NCBI GenBank assembly: GCA_964291625.2
Contig: OZ220089.1
Location: forward strand, 4,322,554-4,386,553
Length of the DNA stretch: 64,000 nucleotides
From: Candidatus Latescibacterota bacterium
Lineage (GTDB): Bacteria; Latescibacterota; UBA2968; UBA8231
Reading direction: 5' to 3'
The notes under the pieces are model-generated. The model was not told the origin of the DNA. It was given only the letters and a program-made list of their open reading frames with translations, and did no database searches. This document shows positions 26,188 to 34,835 of this stretch, piece by piece (within the stretch, counting starts at the first letter, position 1; the number at the start of each line of letters is the position of its first letter). Made by a program: the position numbers and the translations under genes.

Positions 26188-27693
26188 ATGGAAGGCGCCG
26201 TCCGCCACAACTGCGGATTCTGCGTCGCCCATACCCTCCACGACGCCTACTCCTTCATCCGCGCCCTGCAGCACCGGGGCCGGGAAGCGGCGGGGATAGC
26301 CGCCGTTGGCGAAGGGCGAATCGACGTCATCAAGTGGTCGGGCGGCGTCGACCGCTTCGACATCACCGACCTCCACAAGATCTTCCCCAGCCCCAGCTAC
26401 CACACCTACATGGCCCACGTGCGCTACGCCACGCAGGGCCGCAAGGACGAGATCCTCGACGACGCCCACCCCCACGTGCTCGGGGGGCAGGTGGAGGACC
26501 GGGGCAGCCACATCCTGATCCGCGACTGCCAGATGGCCGCCGTCCACAACGGCCAGATCGACTTCGGGTACTTCGACGGCCTCGATCTCTCACAGATGAA
26601 GTCCAAGTGCGACACCGAGGCCCTCCTCTATCTCTACCGGCGCGACGGCGAGGAGGCCTTCCTGCGCCGGGTCCCCGGCGCCTACACGATGGCCATCGCC
26701 GATTGGCGCAAGCGGGACGTGATCGTCCTGCGCGACCGCACCGGCATCAAGCCGGGGGTCCTGGGCTGGAAGGACGGCAAGTACGGCGTCGCCTCCGAGG
26801 ACATCGCCTTCCGCAAGAACGGAGGCGAGTACATCGAGGACCTCGATCCCGGGTCGCTCTACTACCTGTCACCGGAGGGGGAGTACTCCAAGGAACTCCT
26901 GGTCGAGCCGCAGCCGCGTCACTGCTTCTTCGAGTGGAACTACATCTCCGACGTCGACTCGATCATCAACCACGTAGCCGCCCGCCGCGTCCGCGAGCAG
27001 CTGGGGGAGATCCTGGCCGAGGAGTTCACCCCCTCGGATGTGGACGTGGTCACTTTCCTGCCGCGGTGTCCCGAGGTGGCGGCGCGCTCCTACGCCCAGA
27101 TCCGGGGCCTGCCCTTCATGCCCGTGTTCTACAAGATGCGGGGCGAGCGGTCCTTCCAGGGGTCGACGGCCCGGGACCGGAGGCAGTCGATCGACGACAA
27201 CCTGCATCTGCTGCCCGGACTGCGCCCGCGCCTGTCGGGGAAGACGGTGCTGCTCATCGACGACAGCATCGTGCGCGGCAACAACCTGATCCGCGCCCGC
27301 AACCTGCTCTACGACGCCCTCGGTGTGAAGAAGGCCTACGTGGCCTCGTACACCCCGCCCATCGGCATCGTACCCGAAGACGGGGTGCCGCGGGGATGCA
27401 TGTTCGGCGTCGACATGCCGCCCACGCCGCCGAAAGGCGAGGAGTTCATCGCCCGCGGCCGGGAGCCCCGCGAGATCAGCGAGAAGATGGGCCTGCCCGT
27501 GGTCTACATCTCCACCCGCGGCATGATGCGCGCCTTCGAGCGTCTGGGCCTCGAGTCCGGAAGGCTCTGCACCTACTGCATCGGCGGCGGCCACCCCTTC
27601 GCAGGCTGCGAGGCCAGTGACTCGGCGGGGGAGAGCCAGCTGGACCTGCTGACCGTCTCCAGGGCCGCCGCGGCCGGGTCTGCGGGCGGCTGA
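26188..27693 (+). CDS. purF: Amidophosphoribosyltransferase-like protein (class-II glutamine amidotransferase + PRTase)
   Basis: ORF-track 501 aa. Its 'MEGAVRHN' prefix precedes the 'CGFCVA' Ntn cysteine. Also present: 'AAVHNGQI', 'KCDTEALL', the PRPP loop 'VLLIDDSIVRGNN', and a C-terminal Cys cluster 'CTYCIGGGHPF'. It is divergent, so the purF assignment is tentative. Confidence 0.7.
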   Translation: MEGAVRHNCGFCVAHTLHDAYSFIRALQHRGREAAGIAAVGEGRIDVIKWSGGVDRFDITDLHKIFPSPSYHTYMAHVRYATQGRKDEILDDAHPHVLGGQVEDRGSHILIRDCQMAAVHNGQIDFGYFDGLDLSQMKSKCDTEALLYLYRRDGEEAFLRRVPGAYTMAIADWRKRDVIVLRDRTGIKPGVLGWKDGKYGVASEDIAFRKNGGEYIEDLDPGSLYYLSPEGEYSKELLVEPQPRHCFFEWNYISDVDSIINHVAARRVREQLGEILAEEFTPSDVDVVTFLPRCPEVAARSYAQIRGLPFMPVFYKMRGERSFQGSTARDRRQSIDDNLHLLPGLRPRLSGKTVLLIDDSIVRGNNLIRARNLLYDALGVKKAYVASYTPPIGIVPEDGVPRGCMFGVDMPPTPPKGEEFIARGREPREISEKMGLPVVYISTRGMMRAFERLGLESGRLCTYCIGGGHPFAGCEASDSAGESQLDLLTVSRAAAAGSAGG

Positions 27694-28019
27694 GGTCCCG
27701 CTCCGGCGGGGGCGCCTTCTCCAGAAGAGAGCCGTTCCACAGGGGTGCCGTTGCCCTCGAGGGCATGTGCTCCGGTACGGTCGGCAGCTGAGCCCGGGCG
27801 TCACGGAAGCGCTCTCCATCAAGACCCCTCCCATCCCCAAGGCTGACTTGCCCTGTTGGGCATGGTCACCCGGGCCCGTACCCGCCGAGGCTGCAGCTGG
27901 GGCGGATGCCGAACGCCACGACCGGGCGCCGGCCAAGCCATGCCTGCGGGCACGCGGCACCCGGGAGAGCGGGAGAGGTGGCCCCCCAACTCCCGGTGGT
28001 CCGGATCAGGAGGGTGCGG

Positions 28020-28841
28020 TCAGCACTCGGCGCCGCGCACCTCGCCGCCGTAGACCTGCATCCGTGCCTCGGTGGTGGTCTCTTCGGCGGCGGCGGGGCG
28101 GTAGTGGAACTGCAGGGCCCAGCGGCGGCGGCGGGAGTGGTTCACGGGACTGCCGTGGTGGGTCAGGCCGTGCCACAGGAGGATCCCCCCCGGGGGGAGG
28201 GGCACCACCACGTCGCGGCCGGGGGCGACGTCGGTGTCGCAGATCTGCCAGTCGCGGCGGTTGAAGTGGTTCCTCGGGCCCTCGCGGTGGGAGCCGGGGA
28301 TGACGTGAAGGGCGCCGTTGGCCGCCGTCGCCTCGTCGAGGGCGATCCACAGGCCGATGACGGGCGTGTCCAGGGAGACGTTGAAGTAGGCCATGTCCTG
28401 GTGCCAGGGCTTCTCCCGGCCTCCCGGCGGCTTGAGCAGAGCCATGTCCTGGAACATCCGCGGCGTTTGCCCATCCATGAGGGAGCTCACCAGGCCCAGC
28501 AGCCCCGGGTCCTCGCTCATCTCCTTCAGCGCCGGATGGTAGTCGACGAACTTCATCAGCTTGCGCACGCCCAGGCGCCGCCGCCGGGGCGGCCACGGCC
28601 GGCGGCCGCCGGCCTCGAACTGCAGGCCGCGGAAGGAGGGATCGCCGCCGTCGATGAGGGAGTCCACCGCGGCCCCCGCCGCCCGGATCCGCTGCCGGGA
28701 GACGGCCCGGCGCACGGCCAGGTACCCCTGGTCGTGGAAGAAGGCGCGTTCCGCCTCGCCGACGGAATCGAGACTCTCCACAAGCCGGGCGGCGCGCTCG
28801 TCGTTGTAGAGGCCCGCGGGGTGGGGGAGGGCTTCCGTCAT
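28020..28841 (-). CDS. Phytanoyl-CoA dioxygenase (PhyH)-family 2OG/Fe(II) oxygenase
   Basis: ORF-track 273 aa. Motifs seen: 'FFHDQGYLAVRRAV', 'WHQDMAYF', 'LHVIPGSHREGP', 'GGILLWHGLTHHGS'. Confidence 0.75.
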   Translation of the reverse strand: MTEALPHPAGLYNDERAARLVESLDSVGEAERAFFHDQGYLAVRRAVSRQRIRAAGAAVDSLIDGGDPSFRGLQFEAGGRRPWPPRRRRLGVRKLMKFVDYHPALKEMSEDPGLLGLVSSLMDGQTPRMFQDMALLKPPGGREKPWHQDMAYFNVSLDTPVIGLWIALDEATAANGALHVIPGSHREGPRNHFNRRDWQICDTDVAPGRDVVVPLPPGGILLWHGLTHHGSPVNHSRRRRWALQFHYRPAAAEETTTEARMQVYGGEVRGAEC

Positions 28842-29065
28842 GACCGCTTCTCACCGCCGCCGTTGCCGCGGTGGCGGACCAGGATCGCCGCCGGCAGGAT
28901 CACGCAGTAGCCGGCCACCAGCAGGATGGGGGCCGCCGTGAGGGACAGGAATCCGTCGACGGGGGGTATGCGCAGCAGCACGTAGCCGAGGGCGATGACC
29001 GCCAGGCCGACGAGGAAGAGGATCCAGTTCCGGCGGGTGAAGGGCAGTGTGGGGGGTGGTGACAC
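28838..29065 (-). CDS. Small two-TM membrane protein
   Basis: ORF-track 75 aa with two hydrophobic helices. Its stop overlaps the PhyH start (ATGA). It starts 11 nt after the rplS stop. Confidence 0.5.
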   Translation of the reverse strand: MSPPPTLPFTRRNWILFLVGLAVIALGYVLLRIPPVDGFLSLTAAPILLVAGYCVILPAAILVRHRGNGGGEKRS

Positions 29066-29076
29066 GGGGCTCTCCT

Positions 29077-29424
29077 TCAGCGCTTCTCGCGGATGCGGGC
29101 GGAGCGTCCCTTGCGGTTGCGCAGGTAGAACAGGCGCGCCCGGCGCACGCGGCCCTGGCGCAGGCGCTCGATCCTCAGGATGCGCGGTGAGTGCAGGGGG
29201 AAGATCCGCTCCACCGCCACGCCCTGGCTCACCTTGCGGACGGTGAAGGTCTCGTGGATGCCGCTGCCCTTGCGCTGGATGACGTCTCCCTCGAAGACCT
29301 GGGTGCGCTCCTTCTCGCCCTCGATGACGCGGACGTGGATGCGCAGCGAGTCTCCGGGCAGGAATTCAGGGAGATCGGTGCGCACCTGATCGGCGGTGAT
29401 CTCCCGCAGTATGCCAGTGTCCAT
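29077..29424 (-). CDS. rplS: 50S ribosomal protein L19
   Basis: ORF-track 115 aa: '[35 protein letters not shown]...FTVRK'. Confidence 0.95.
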   Translation of the reverse strand: MDTGILREITADQVRTDLPEFLPGDSLRIHVRVIEGEKERTQVFEGDVIQRKGSGIHETFTVRKVSQGVAVERIFPLHSPRILRIERLRQGRVRRARLFYLRNRKGRSARIREKR

Positions 29425-30198
29425 TCAAACCCTCTCTCTCTCCAGTGATGGTTGGGACCGGCCGCTGCCGGCCTCTCTCTCCTTTGACCATTCCTCCACC
29501 AGCCGCAACTCCCTGTCGTCCAGGTCCGCCGCGGGCAGCAGGTCGGGCCGGCGCTCGAAGGTGCGGCGCAGAGCCTGACGCCGGCGCCAGGCCTCGACCT
29601 CGCCGTGGTCCCCGCGGAGCAGTTCCTCGGGGACGCGCTGGCCGTCGAACTCGGCGGGCCTCGTGTACCACGGGCAGTCGAGGAGCCCGTCGTGGAACGA
29701 GTCGGCCATGGCCGAACTGAAGTCGCCGAGAACGCCAGGCAACAGCCGGGTCACGGCATCGATCACCACGAGGGCCGCGGTCTCGCCGCCGGTGAGCACA
29801 TAGTCGCCGATGGACAGCTCGCGGTCGATGAAGCGCTCGCGCAGGCGCTCGTCGACGCCCTTGTAGTGGCCGCACAGCAGCACCAGGTGCGGCTGCAGCG
29901 ACAGCTCGACCGCAGTCTGCTGGCCGAAGCGCTCGCCGTCGGCGGTGAGATAGATGCCCAGGCCCCGGTCGAGTTCCAGCTCTTCCCAGCAGGCGGCCAC
30001 GGGCTCCGGTTTGATGAGCATGCCGCCGCCGCCGCCGAAAGGGGCGTCGTCGACGGTGCGGTGCCGGTCGATGGCCCAGGACCGCAGGTCGTGCACGGCC
30101 ACCTCCAGGTGGCCGCCCGAGGCGGCCCGGCCCAGGATGCTCGTCTCCAGTGGCTGGGTGAAGAACCGCGGAAACAGGGTCACCACGTCGATCCTCAC
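29425..30198 (-). CDS. trmD: tRNA (guanine37-N1)-methyltransferase
   Basis: ORF-track 257 aa: 'MRIDVVTLFPRFF', 'VDDAPFGGGGGMLIKPEP', 'LLCGHYKGVDERL', 'SIGDYVLTGGE'. Confidence 0.95.
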   Translation of the reverse strand: MRIDVVTLFPRFFTQPLETSILGRAASGGHLEVAVHDLRSWAIDRHRTVDDAPFGGGGGMLIKPEPVAACWEELELDRGLGIYLTADGERFGQQTAVELSLQPHLVLLCGHYKGVDERLRERFIDRELSIGDYVLTGGETAALVVIDAVTRLLPGVLGDFSSAMADSFHDGLLDCPWYTRPAEFDGQRVPEELLRGDHGEVEAWRRRQALRRTFERRPDLLPAADLDDRELRLVEEWSKEREAGSGRSQPSLERERV

Positions 30199-30199
30199 A

Positions 30200-30769
30200 T
30201 CAGCCTCCCCGCTCCAGGAGGTCCTCGACGCCCCGTACGTCGATCCGCCGCCGGTCCACGTCGATGCGGGTCACGAAGTCCCGGACCGCCGGCAGCAGAA
30301 TCTCGCCGCCGTCCTCCAGCCGCACCGCGAAGACATCGCTGGCCGGCATCTCCAGCACTTCGGTCACCTCGCCGAGACAGCGGCCCTGGTCATCCCGGAC
30401 CCGGCAGCCGATCACGTCGAAGACGAAGTAACGGCCCTCGGGAGGCGGGGCGACCTGATCCCCGGGGACCGTCAGGTATCCGCCCGTGATCCCCTCCCGC
30501 ACCTCCTCCGGGGAGTCGATGCCCGCGAACTTCACAAGCACCCCCCTGGGGACCGGGCGGCACATTTCGACCTGCAGGTCGACATCCGGATGCCCGTCGC
30601 GCTCGAGCCGCACGGAGCGCAGCCCGTCGAATCGGTCCGGATCCCAGGTGAGGGGCTCCACGAGAACCTCGCCGCGGACGCCCCTGGCGCGCCGGGCAAA
30701 GCCGACGGCGACGCGTCCCGGTGCCCGCCCGTCGGCGGACCTACTCCTCTGCCGGCTCCCCGCCCTCAC
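30200..30769 (-). CDS. rimM: 16S rRNA processing protein RimM
   Basis: ORF-track 189 aa with a GTG start that overlaps the rpsP 3' end. 'VAVGFARRARGVRGEVLVEPLT' is followed by a PRC-barrel-like C-terminus. It sits in the canonical position between rpsP and trmD. Confidence 0.8.
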   Translation of the reverse strand: MRAGSRQRSRSADGRAPGRVAVGFARRARGVRGEVLVEPLTWDPDRFDGLRSVRLERDGHPDVDLQVEMCRPVPRGVLVKFAGIDSPEEVREGITGGYLTVPGDQVAPPPEGRYFVFDVIGCRVRDDQGRCLGEVTEVLEMPASDVFAVRLEDGGEILLPAVRDFVTRIDVDRRRIDVRGVEDLLERGG

Positions 30770-31154
30770 TGGACGCGGCCTCCGGGGCCTCCTCGGCCGG
30801 CGCGGCCTCCGGGGCTTCCTCCGCCTCAGCCGGCGCGGCGGCGCCGAGCTTCTTGCGGCGTTTGGGCTTGTCGGTGGTCAGCGCGCCCTGGCGCTCGACG
30901 CCCTCGAAGCCGCGCCAGCGGGCGAGGATGCCCTTGCTGCGCAGCAGGTCGTGGACCGTGGGGGTCATCTGGGCGCCCTTCTTCAGCCAGTCCACGGCGG
31001 CCTCCTCGTCGACCTCGAAGCGGGCGTGCACGGGGTCGTACGTGCCCAGCTCCTGCAGCGAGTGGCCGGAACGGGGGAGGCTGTCCGTCGTGGCGACTAT
31101 GCGGTAGAAGGGGCGCTTCCTGCGTCCCATTCTCTTGAGTCGAAGCTTGACCAA
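30741..31154 (-). CDS. rpsP: 30S ribosomal protein S16 with Ala/Pro/Glu-rich C-terminal extension
   Basis: ORF-track 137 aa. It begins 'MVKLRLKRMGRRKRPFYRIVATTD' and has a roughly 55-aa low-complexity tail. Confidence 0.95.
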   Translation of the reverse strand: MVKLRLKRMGRRKRPFYRIVATTDSLPRSGHSLQELGTYDPVHARFEVDEEAAVDWLKKGAQMTPTVHDLLRSKGILARWRGFEGVERQGALTTDKPKRRKKLGAAAPAEAEEAPEAAPAEEAPEAASSEGGEPAEE

Positions 31155-31202
31155 GTGTCGATGGCTCCTGGAGTGGAGGAAGTGGTGGGGTTCGGAGTGG
31201 AA

Positions 31203-32549
31203 TCAGAGGGCCGGCATGGACAGGGGCAGGGACCTTCGGCCCCGTCCCTTGCGCCCCGGCCGGCTCATCTGGCGCAGCATCTTCTGCATGGCGTGGAACT
31301 GCTTGACGAGACGGTTCACGTCCTGGATGGAGGTGCCGCTGCCGCGGGCGATCCGCCGCCGGCGGCTGCCGTTGAGGATCTGCGGACGACGGCGCTCCTG
31401 AAGGGTCATGGAGTTGATGATCGCCTCGGTGCGGGTGAAGGCGCCGTCGTCGACGGGGGCCCCCTTCAGCGCCTTGCCGGCGCCGGGGATCATGCCCATC
31501 AACTGGTCCAGCGGCCCCATGCCCCGCACCGCCTGCAGCTGTTGCTGGAAGTCCTCGAAGGTGAACGCCTCCTTGCTCAGGCGGGCCTCCATGGCCGCGG
31601 CCTGCTCGCGGTCGAAGCTCTGCTCCGCCTTCTCCACCAGGGAAAGCACGTCCCCCATCCCCAGGATGCGGGAGGCGACGCGGTCCGGGTGGAAGGGCTC
31701 CAGCCCCTCGAGGGTTTCGCCCGTGCCGACGTAGCGGATCGGCTGCCCGGTGGTCTGGCGGATCGACAGGGCCGCGCCCCCGCGGGCGTCGGAGTCCATC
31801 TTGGTCAGCACCACGCCCTGGAAGGCGATCCGCTCGTGGAAGCGGCTCGCCGTCTCCACCGCGTCCTGGCCGAGCATGGCGTCGGCGACGAAGAGGATCT
31901 CGTGGGGTTGCACGGCCTCGCGGACGGCCGTCAACTCGGCCATCATCTCCTCGTCGATGCTCAGACGGCCGGCGGTGTCGAGGAGGACGATGCTGCGGTT
32001 GTTGAGGCGCGCCTGCTGCACGCCGAGGCGGCAGATCTCGACCGGGTCGTCGGAGCCGGCTTCACCGGGCCCGAAGACGCCGACGTCGATGCTGGCCCCG
32101 AGGGTGCGCAACTGCTCGACGGCGGCGGGGCGGTAGGTGTCGGCCGCCACCAGGCAGGGGAGTCGCCCCCGCTCCTTGAAGTGGCGGGCGAGCTTGGCGG
32201 CCACCGTGGTCTTGCCGCAGCCTTGCAGACCGACGAGGAGCACCGCCGTCGGCGGCTGCGGCGCCAGCTCCAGCGGCGCGGCGGTGCCTCCGAGAAGGGC
32301 GACGAGCTCCTCGTGGACGACCTTGATCACCTGCTGCCCCGGGCTCAGGCTGCGCAGGACTTCGCGTCCGAGGGCCCGTTCGCGAACGCGCCCGAGGAAG
32401 CTCCTGGCCACCTTGAAGTTGACGTCCGCCTCGAGGAGGGCGCGGCGGATCTCGCGCAGGGACTGGTCGAGGGCTTTCTCGCTGATGCGCCCGTGGCCGC
32501 GCAACTGGCGGAAGACATCGTCGAAACGCTCTGTCAGTCTCTCGAACAA
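31203..32549 (-). CDS. ffh: Signal recognition particle protein Ffh
   Basis: Frame of ORF 31203..32780. TTG at 32549 gives 'LFERLTERF'. P-loop 'GLQGCGKTT', 'DTAGR', and a Met-rich M domain are present. Confidence 0.95.
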   Translation of the reverse strand: MFERLTERFDDVFRQLRGHGRISEKALDQSLREIRRALLEADVNFKVARSFLGRVRERALGREVLRSLSPGQQVIKVVHEELVALLGGTAAPLELAPQPPTAVLLVGLQGCGKTTVAAKLARHFKERGRLPCLVAADTYRPAAVEQLRTLGASIDVGVFGPGEAGSDDPVEICRLGVQQARLNNRSIVLLDTAGRLSIDEEMMAELTAVREAVQPHEILFVADAMLGQDAVETASRFHERIAFQGVVLTKMDSDARGGAALSIRQTTGQPIRYVGTGETLEGLEPFHPDRVASRILGMGDVLSLVEKAEQSFDREQAAAMEARLSKEAFTFEDFQQQLQAVRGMGPLDQLMGMIPGAGKALKGAPVDDGAFTRTEAIINSMTLQERRRPQILNGSRRRRIARGSGTSIQDVNRLVKQFHAMQKMLRQMSRPGRKGRGRRSLPLSMPAL

Positions 32550-32695
32550 ACCGCCGTCCCCGCGAGCGTAACCCCTTGCCGGAAAAGGAGTAAATATAGG
32601 TTGGAGGTGCCGCTCCCGCCACGGGCGGGAGGCCGCCGGGCGCGCTTCCCCGACAGCCCGGGGGATACCTCGGGCCGCGAGGCGCAACAGTAGGG

Positions 32696-34132
32696 GTGAT
32701 GGTGGACGAGGACGGAAAGGACTTGGTGAGAGCGGCGGCCTCGGGTGACGCCGGGGCCTTCGGCCGCCTGGCGGAAGCACACGCGGGCTGGCTGCTGGCG
32801 CGGATCTCGTCGAGGATGGGTTCGCGGGAGACCGCCGAGGACCTCCTGCAGGAGGTCTTCCTGGCGGCCTGGGAGCGGCTGGGGACGCTGCGCGATCCCG
32901 CCAGCTTTCCCGCCTGGCTGCGCTCGATCGCCGACAACCAGGTGCGCATGTGGCAGCGCCGCCGCCTCACCCAGCTCGACCTGCTGGCCCGGCTGGAGAT
33001 CGAGACCGGCCCCCCCGAGGCGCAGGCTCCGCGGGAGGAGGAGGTCCGCGGCCTCCTGCAGGAGGCCATCGGGCGCCTCGGCGCCGCCCAGCGGGAGGTC
33101 GTCGTCCACCACTACCTCAAGGGCTACTCCTACCGGCAGACGGCCCTCCTGCTGAACCTGAGGCCGGAGACCGTCCGCAGCCGTCTGCAGAAAGCCCGGT
33201 CACGACTGCGAGAGGAGATCATCGCCATGCCGGACTCGAGCTTCACCCAAGAGTATGAACTCACCGCCTCCGACCTGACCGGACTGCGTCACCTGGCCCG
33301 CGTCCGGGGCCGCGACCACCGGCGGATCCTGCGGTGCGTCTGCCTGGACGCGGGAGGCCGCATGGTGGCCTGCGACGGCGCCCGGCTGCTGAGCTGGTCG
33401 AGCGGGGGTCTGGCCGCCCTCACGGCTCCCGTGATCCTGGAGTCGGTGGTTTCCGAGGCGATCCCGGAGGCGGAGGGAGCCACCCTGACGATCGGGGAGG
33501 AGGAGGCGACCTTGACGACCTTGAAGACGGGGGACGGCGTCAGCGTGGCTTTCCCCCTGCACCCGGGTCCCTACGTGCGCTACGAGGAGGTCCTGGCCAG
33601 CTATCCGCCCGGCCCCGTCTCCGCAGTCGCGGGGACCGCGGAGCTGATGGCCTGCGTCGAGGAGATCGAGCCGTACCTGAGACCCCGGCACCCTGTCGAA
33701 ACCCGGGGATGGGTCTACCGTCCTCTCGTCGAGATCCGCCTCTCGGGTCCGGAGAGCCGGCTGACGCTGCGCACGGGCCGGGACCAGGGATTCACCCGCG
33801 TCGAAGATGCGGCGCCGGACCTGGGTCCGGGGGGGCCCGAATGGACCCACTCGGTGGCTTGCCCGGTGCGGGCGAAGGGTCTGGAGGGGGAATCCTTCCG
33901 GGTGGGAGTCAACCACGATTTCCTGAAGGCGATCGCGGCGGCTCTGGGGGACGCGGGCGAGGAGATCCGGATCCGCCCCGGGGAAGGGACCGGGGAGGGC
34001 TGGCCGCCGGCCCTCCACTTCGACGTGGGCGGCGGCCGCCACAGCGCCCTGCTCATGCCGATGCGCATGGAATCTCGGGAGCCCCGGGAGGGTGCCTCGG
34101 CCGCGACGGCCGGGCAAGTCCCTCAACCCTGA
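32696..34132 (+). CDS. ECF-type sigma-70 family factor fused to a DnaN (beta-clamp) domain II-III-like C-terminal module
   Basis: ORF-track 478 aa; start is GTG 32696 or ATG 32699. Sigma region 2 is 'DLLQEVFLAAWERL'. Sigma region 4 is 'QREVVVHHYLKGYSYRQTALLLNLRPETVRSRLQKARSRL'. C-terminal blocks are 'GGRMVACDGARLL', 'GPYVRYEEVL', 'VGVNHDFLKAIAAAL' and 'ALLMPMRM'. These align in order with E. coli DnaN 'TVATDGHRLA', 'GRFPDYRRVLP', 'IGFNVSYVLDVLNAL' and 'YVVMPMRL'. Confidence 0.85.
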   Translation: MMVDEDGKDLVRAAASGDAGAFGRLAEAHAGWLLARISSRMGSRETAEDLLQEVFLAAWERLGTLRDPASFPAWLRSIADNQVRMWQRRRLTQLDLLARLEIETGPPEAQAPREEEVRGLLQEAIGRLGAAQREVVVHHYLKGYSYRQTALLLNLRPETVRSRLQKARSRLREEIIAMPDSSFTQEYELTASDLTGLRHLARVRGRDHRRILRCVCLDAGGRMVACDGARLLSWSSGGLAALTAPVILESVVSEAIPEAEGATLTIGEEEATLTTLKTGDGVSVAFPLHPGPYVRYEEVLASYPPGPVSAVAGTAELMACVEEIEPYLRPRHPVETRGWVYRPLVEIRLSGPESRLTLRTGRDQGFTRVEDAAPDLGPGGPEWTHSVACPVRAKGLEGESFRVGVNHDFLKAIAAALGDAGEEIRIRPGEGTGEGWPPALHFDVGGGRHSALLMPMRMESREPREGASAATAGQVPQP

Positions 34133-34163
34133 GGTCCGGGCTGCCGAGCGGAGGGTCCGCGGG

Positions 34164-34835
34164 TCAGGAGGGGCGGTAGCGCTCCGACCCGCGGATCCGC
34201 CGAATGGCCTCGGCCGGATCGGCGGCGCCGAAGACGGACGACCCGGCCACCAGCCAGGAGGCCCCGGCCCGGCGGCACTCGGCGGCGTTGCCGGGGCCGA
34301 CGCCGCCGTCGATCTCGATGGGCACCTCGAGGCCGCGCTCGGCGAGCACGGCGCGCAGGGCGCGCACCTTGTCGAGCACCCCGGGCATGAAGGACTGGCC
34401 GCCGAAGCCGGGCTCCACCGACATCACCAGCAGCAGGTCGAGACTTTCCAGATGAGGCAGAAGCGGGTCCACGGGCGTGCCGGGGTTGACGGCCAGGCCG
34501 CGGCCGAGGCCCAGGCGCCCGATCTCGGCCAGCAGCGGGGCGGGGTCGGCGTCGATCTCGACGTGCACCGTCAGGGAGTCGGCTCCGGCGCGGGCGAAGG
34601 CCTCGAGATAGGCCCCGGGGTCGGTGAGCATCAGGTGCGTGTCGAGGCGCAGGCGCGTGCACCGGCGCACGGCCTCGACCACGGGGATTCCGTAGCTGAG
34701 GTTGGGGACGAAGCGGCCGTCCATGATGTCCAGGTGGAGGAAGTCGGCGCCCGCCGCCTCCACGCGCTCGATCTCGCTCTCGAGGCGGGCGAAGTCGGCG
34801 GCCAGGAGGGAGGGGGCCACGGAGACGGCGCTCAT
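34164..34835 (-). CDS. rpe: Ribulose-phosphate 3-epimerase
   Basis: ORF-track 223 aa: 'APSLLAADFARL', 'LHLDIMDGRFVPN', 'MSVEPGFGGQ'. Confidence 0.95.
   Translation of the reverse strand: MSAVSVAPSLLAADFARLESEIERVEAAGADFLHLDIMDGRFVPNLSYGIPVVEAVRRCTRLRLDTHLMLTDPGAYLEAFARAGADSLTVHVEIDADPAPLLAEIGRLGLGRGLAVNPGTPVDPLLPHLESLDLLLVMSVEPGFGGQSFMPGVLDKVRALRAVLAERGLEVPIEIDGGVGPGNAAECRRAGASWLVAGSSVFGAADPAEAIRRIRGSERYRPS

Noticed and set aside
27694-28019. 326-nt convergent intergenic region with several overlapping ORFs (27476..27766, 27767..28264, 27856..28053)
   Set aside because: The ORFs are Arg/Pro/Gly-rich shadows. I found no clear hairpin/T-run terminator or conserved RNA motif, so it is left unannotated.
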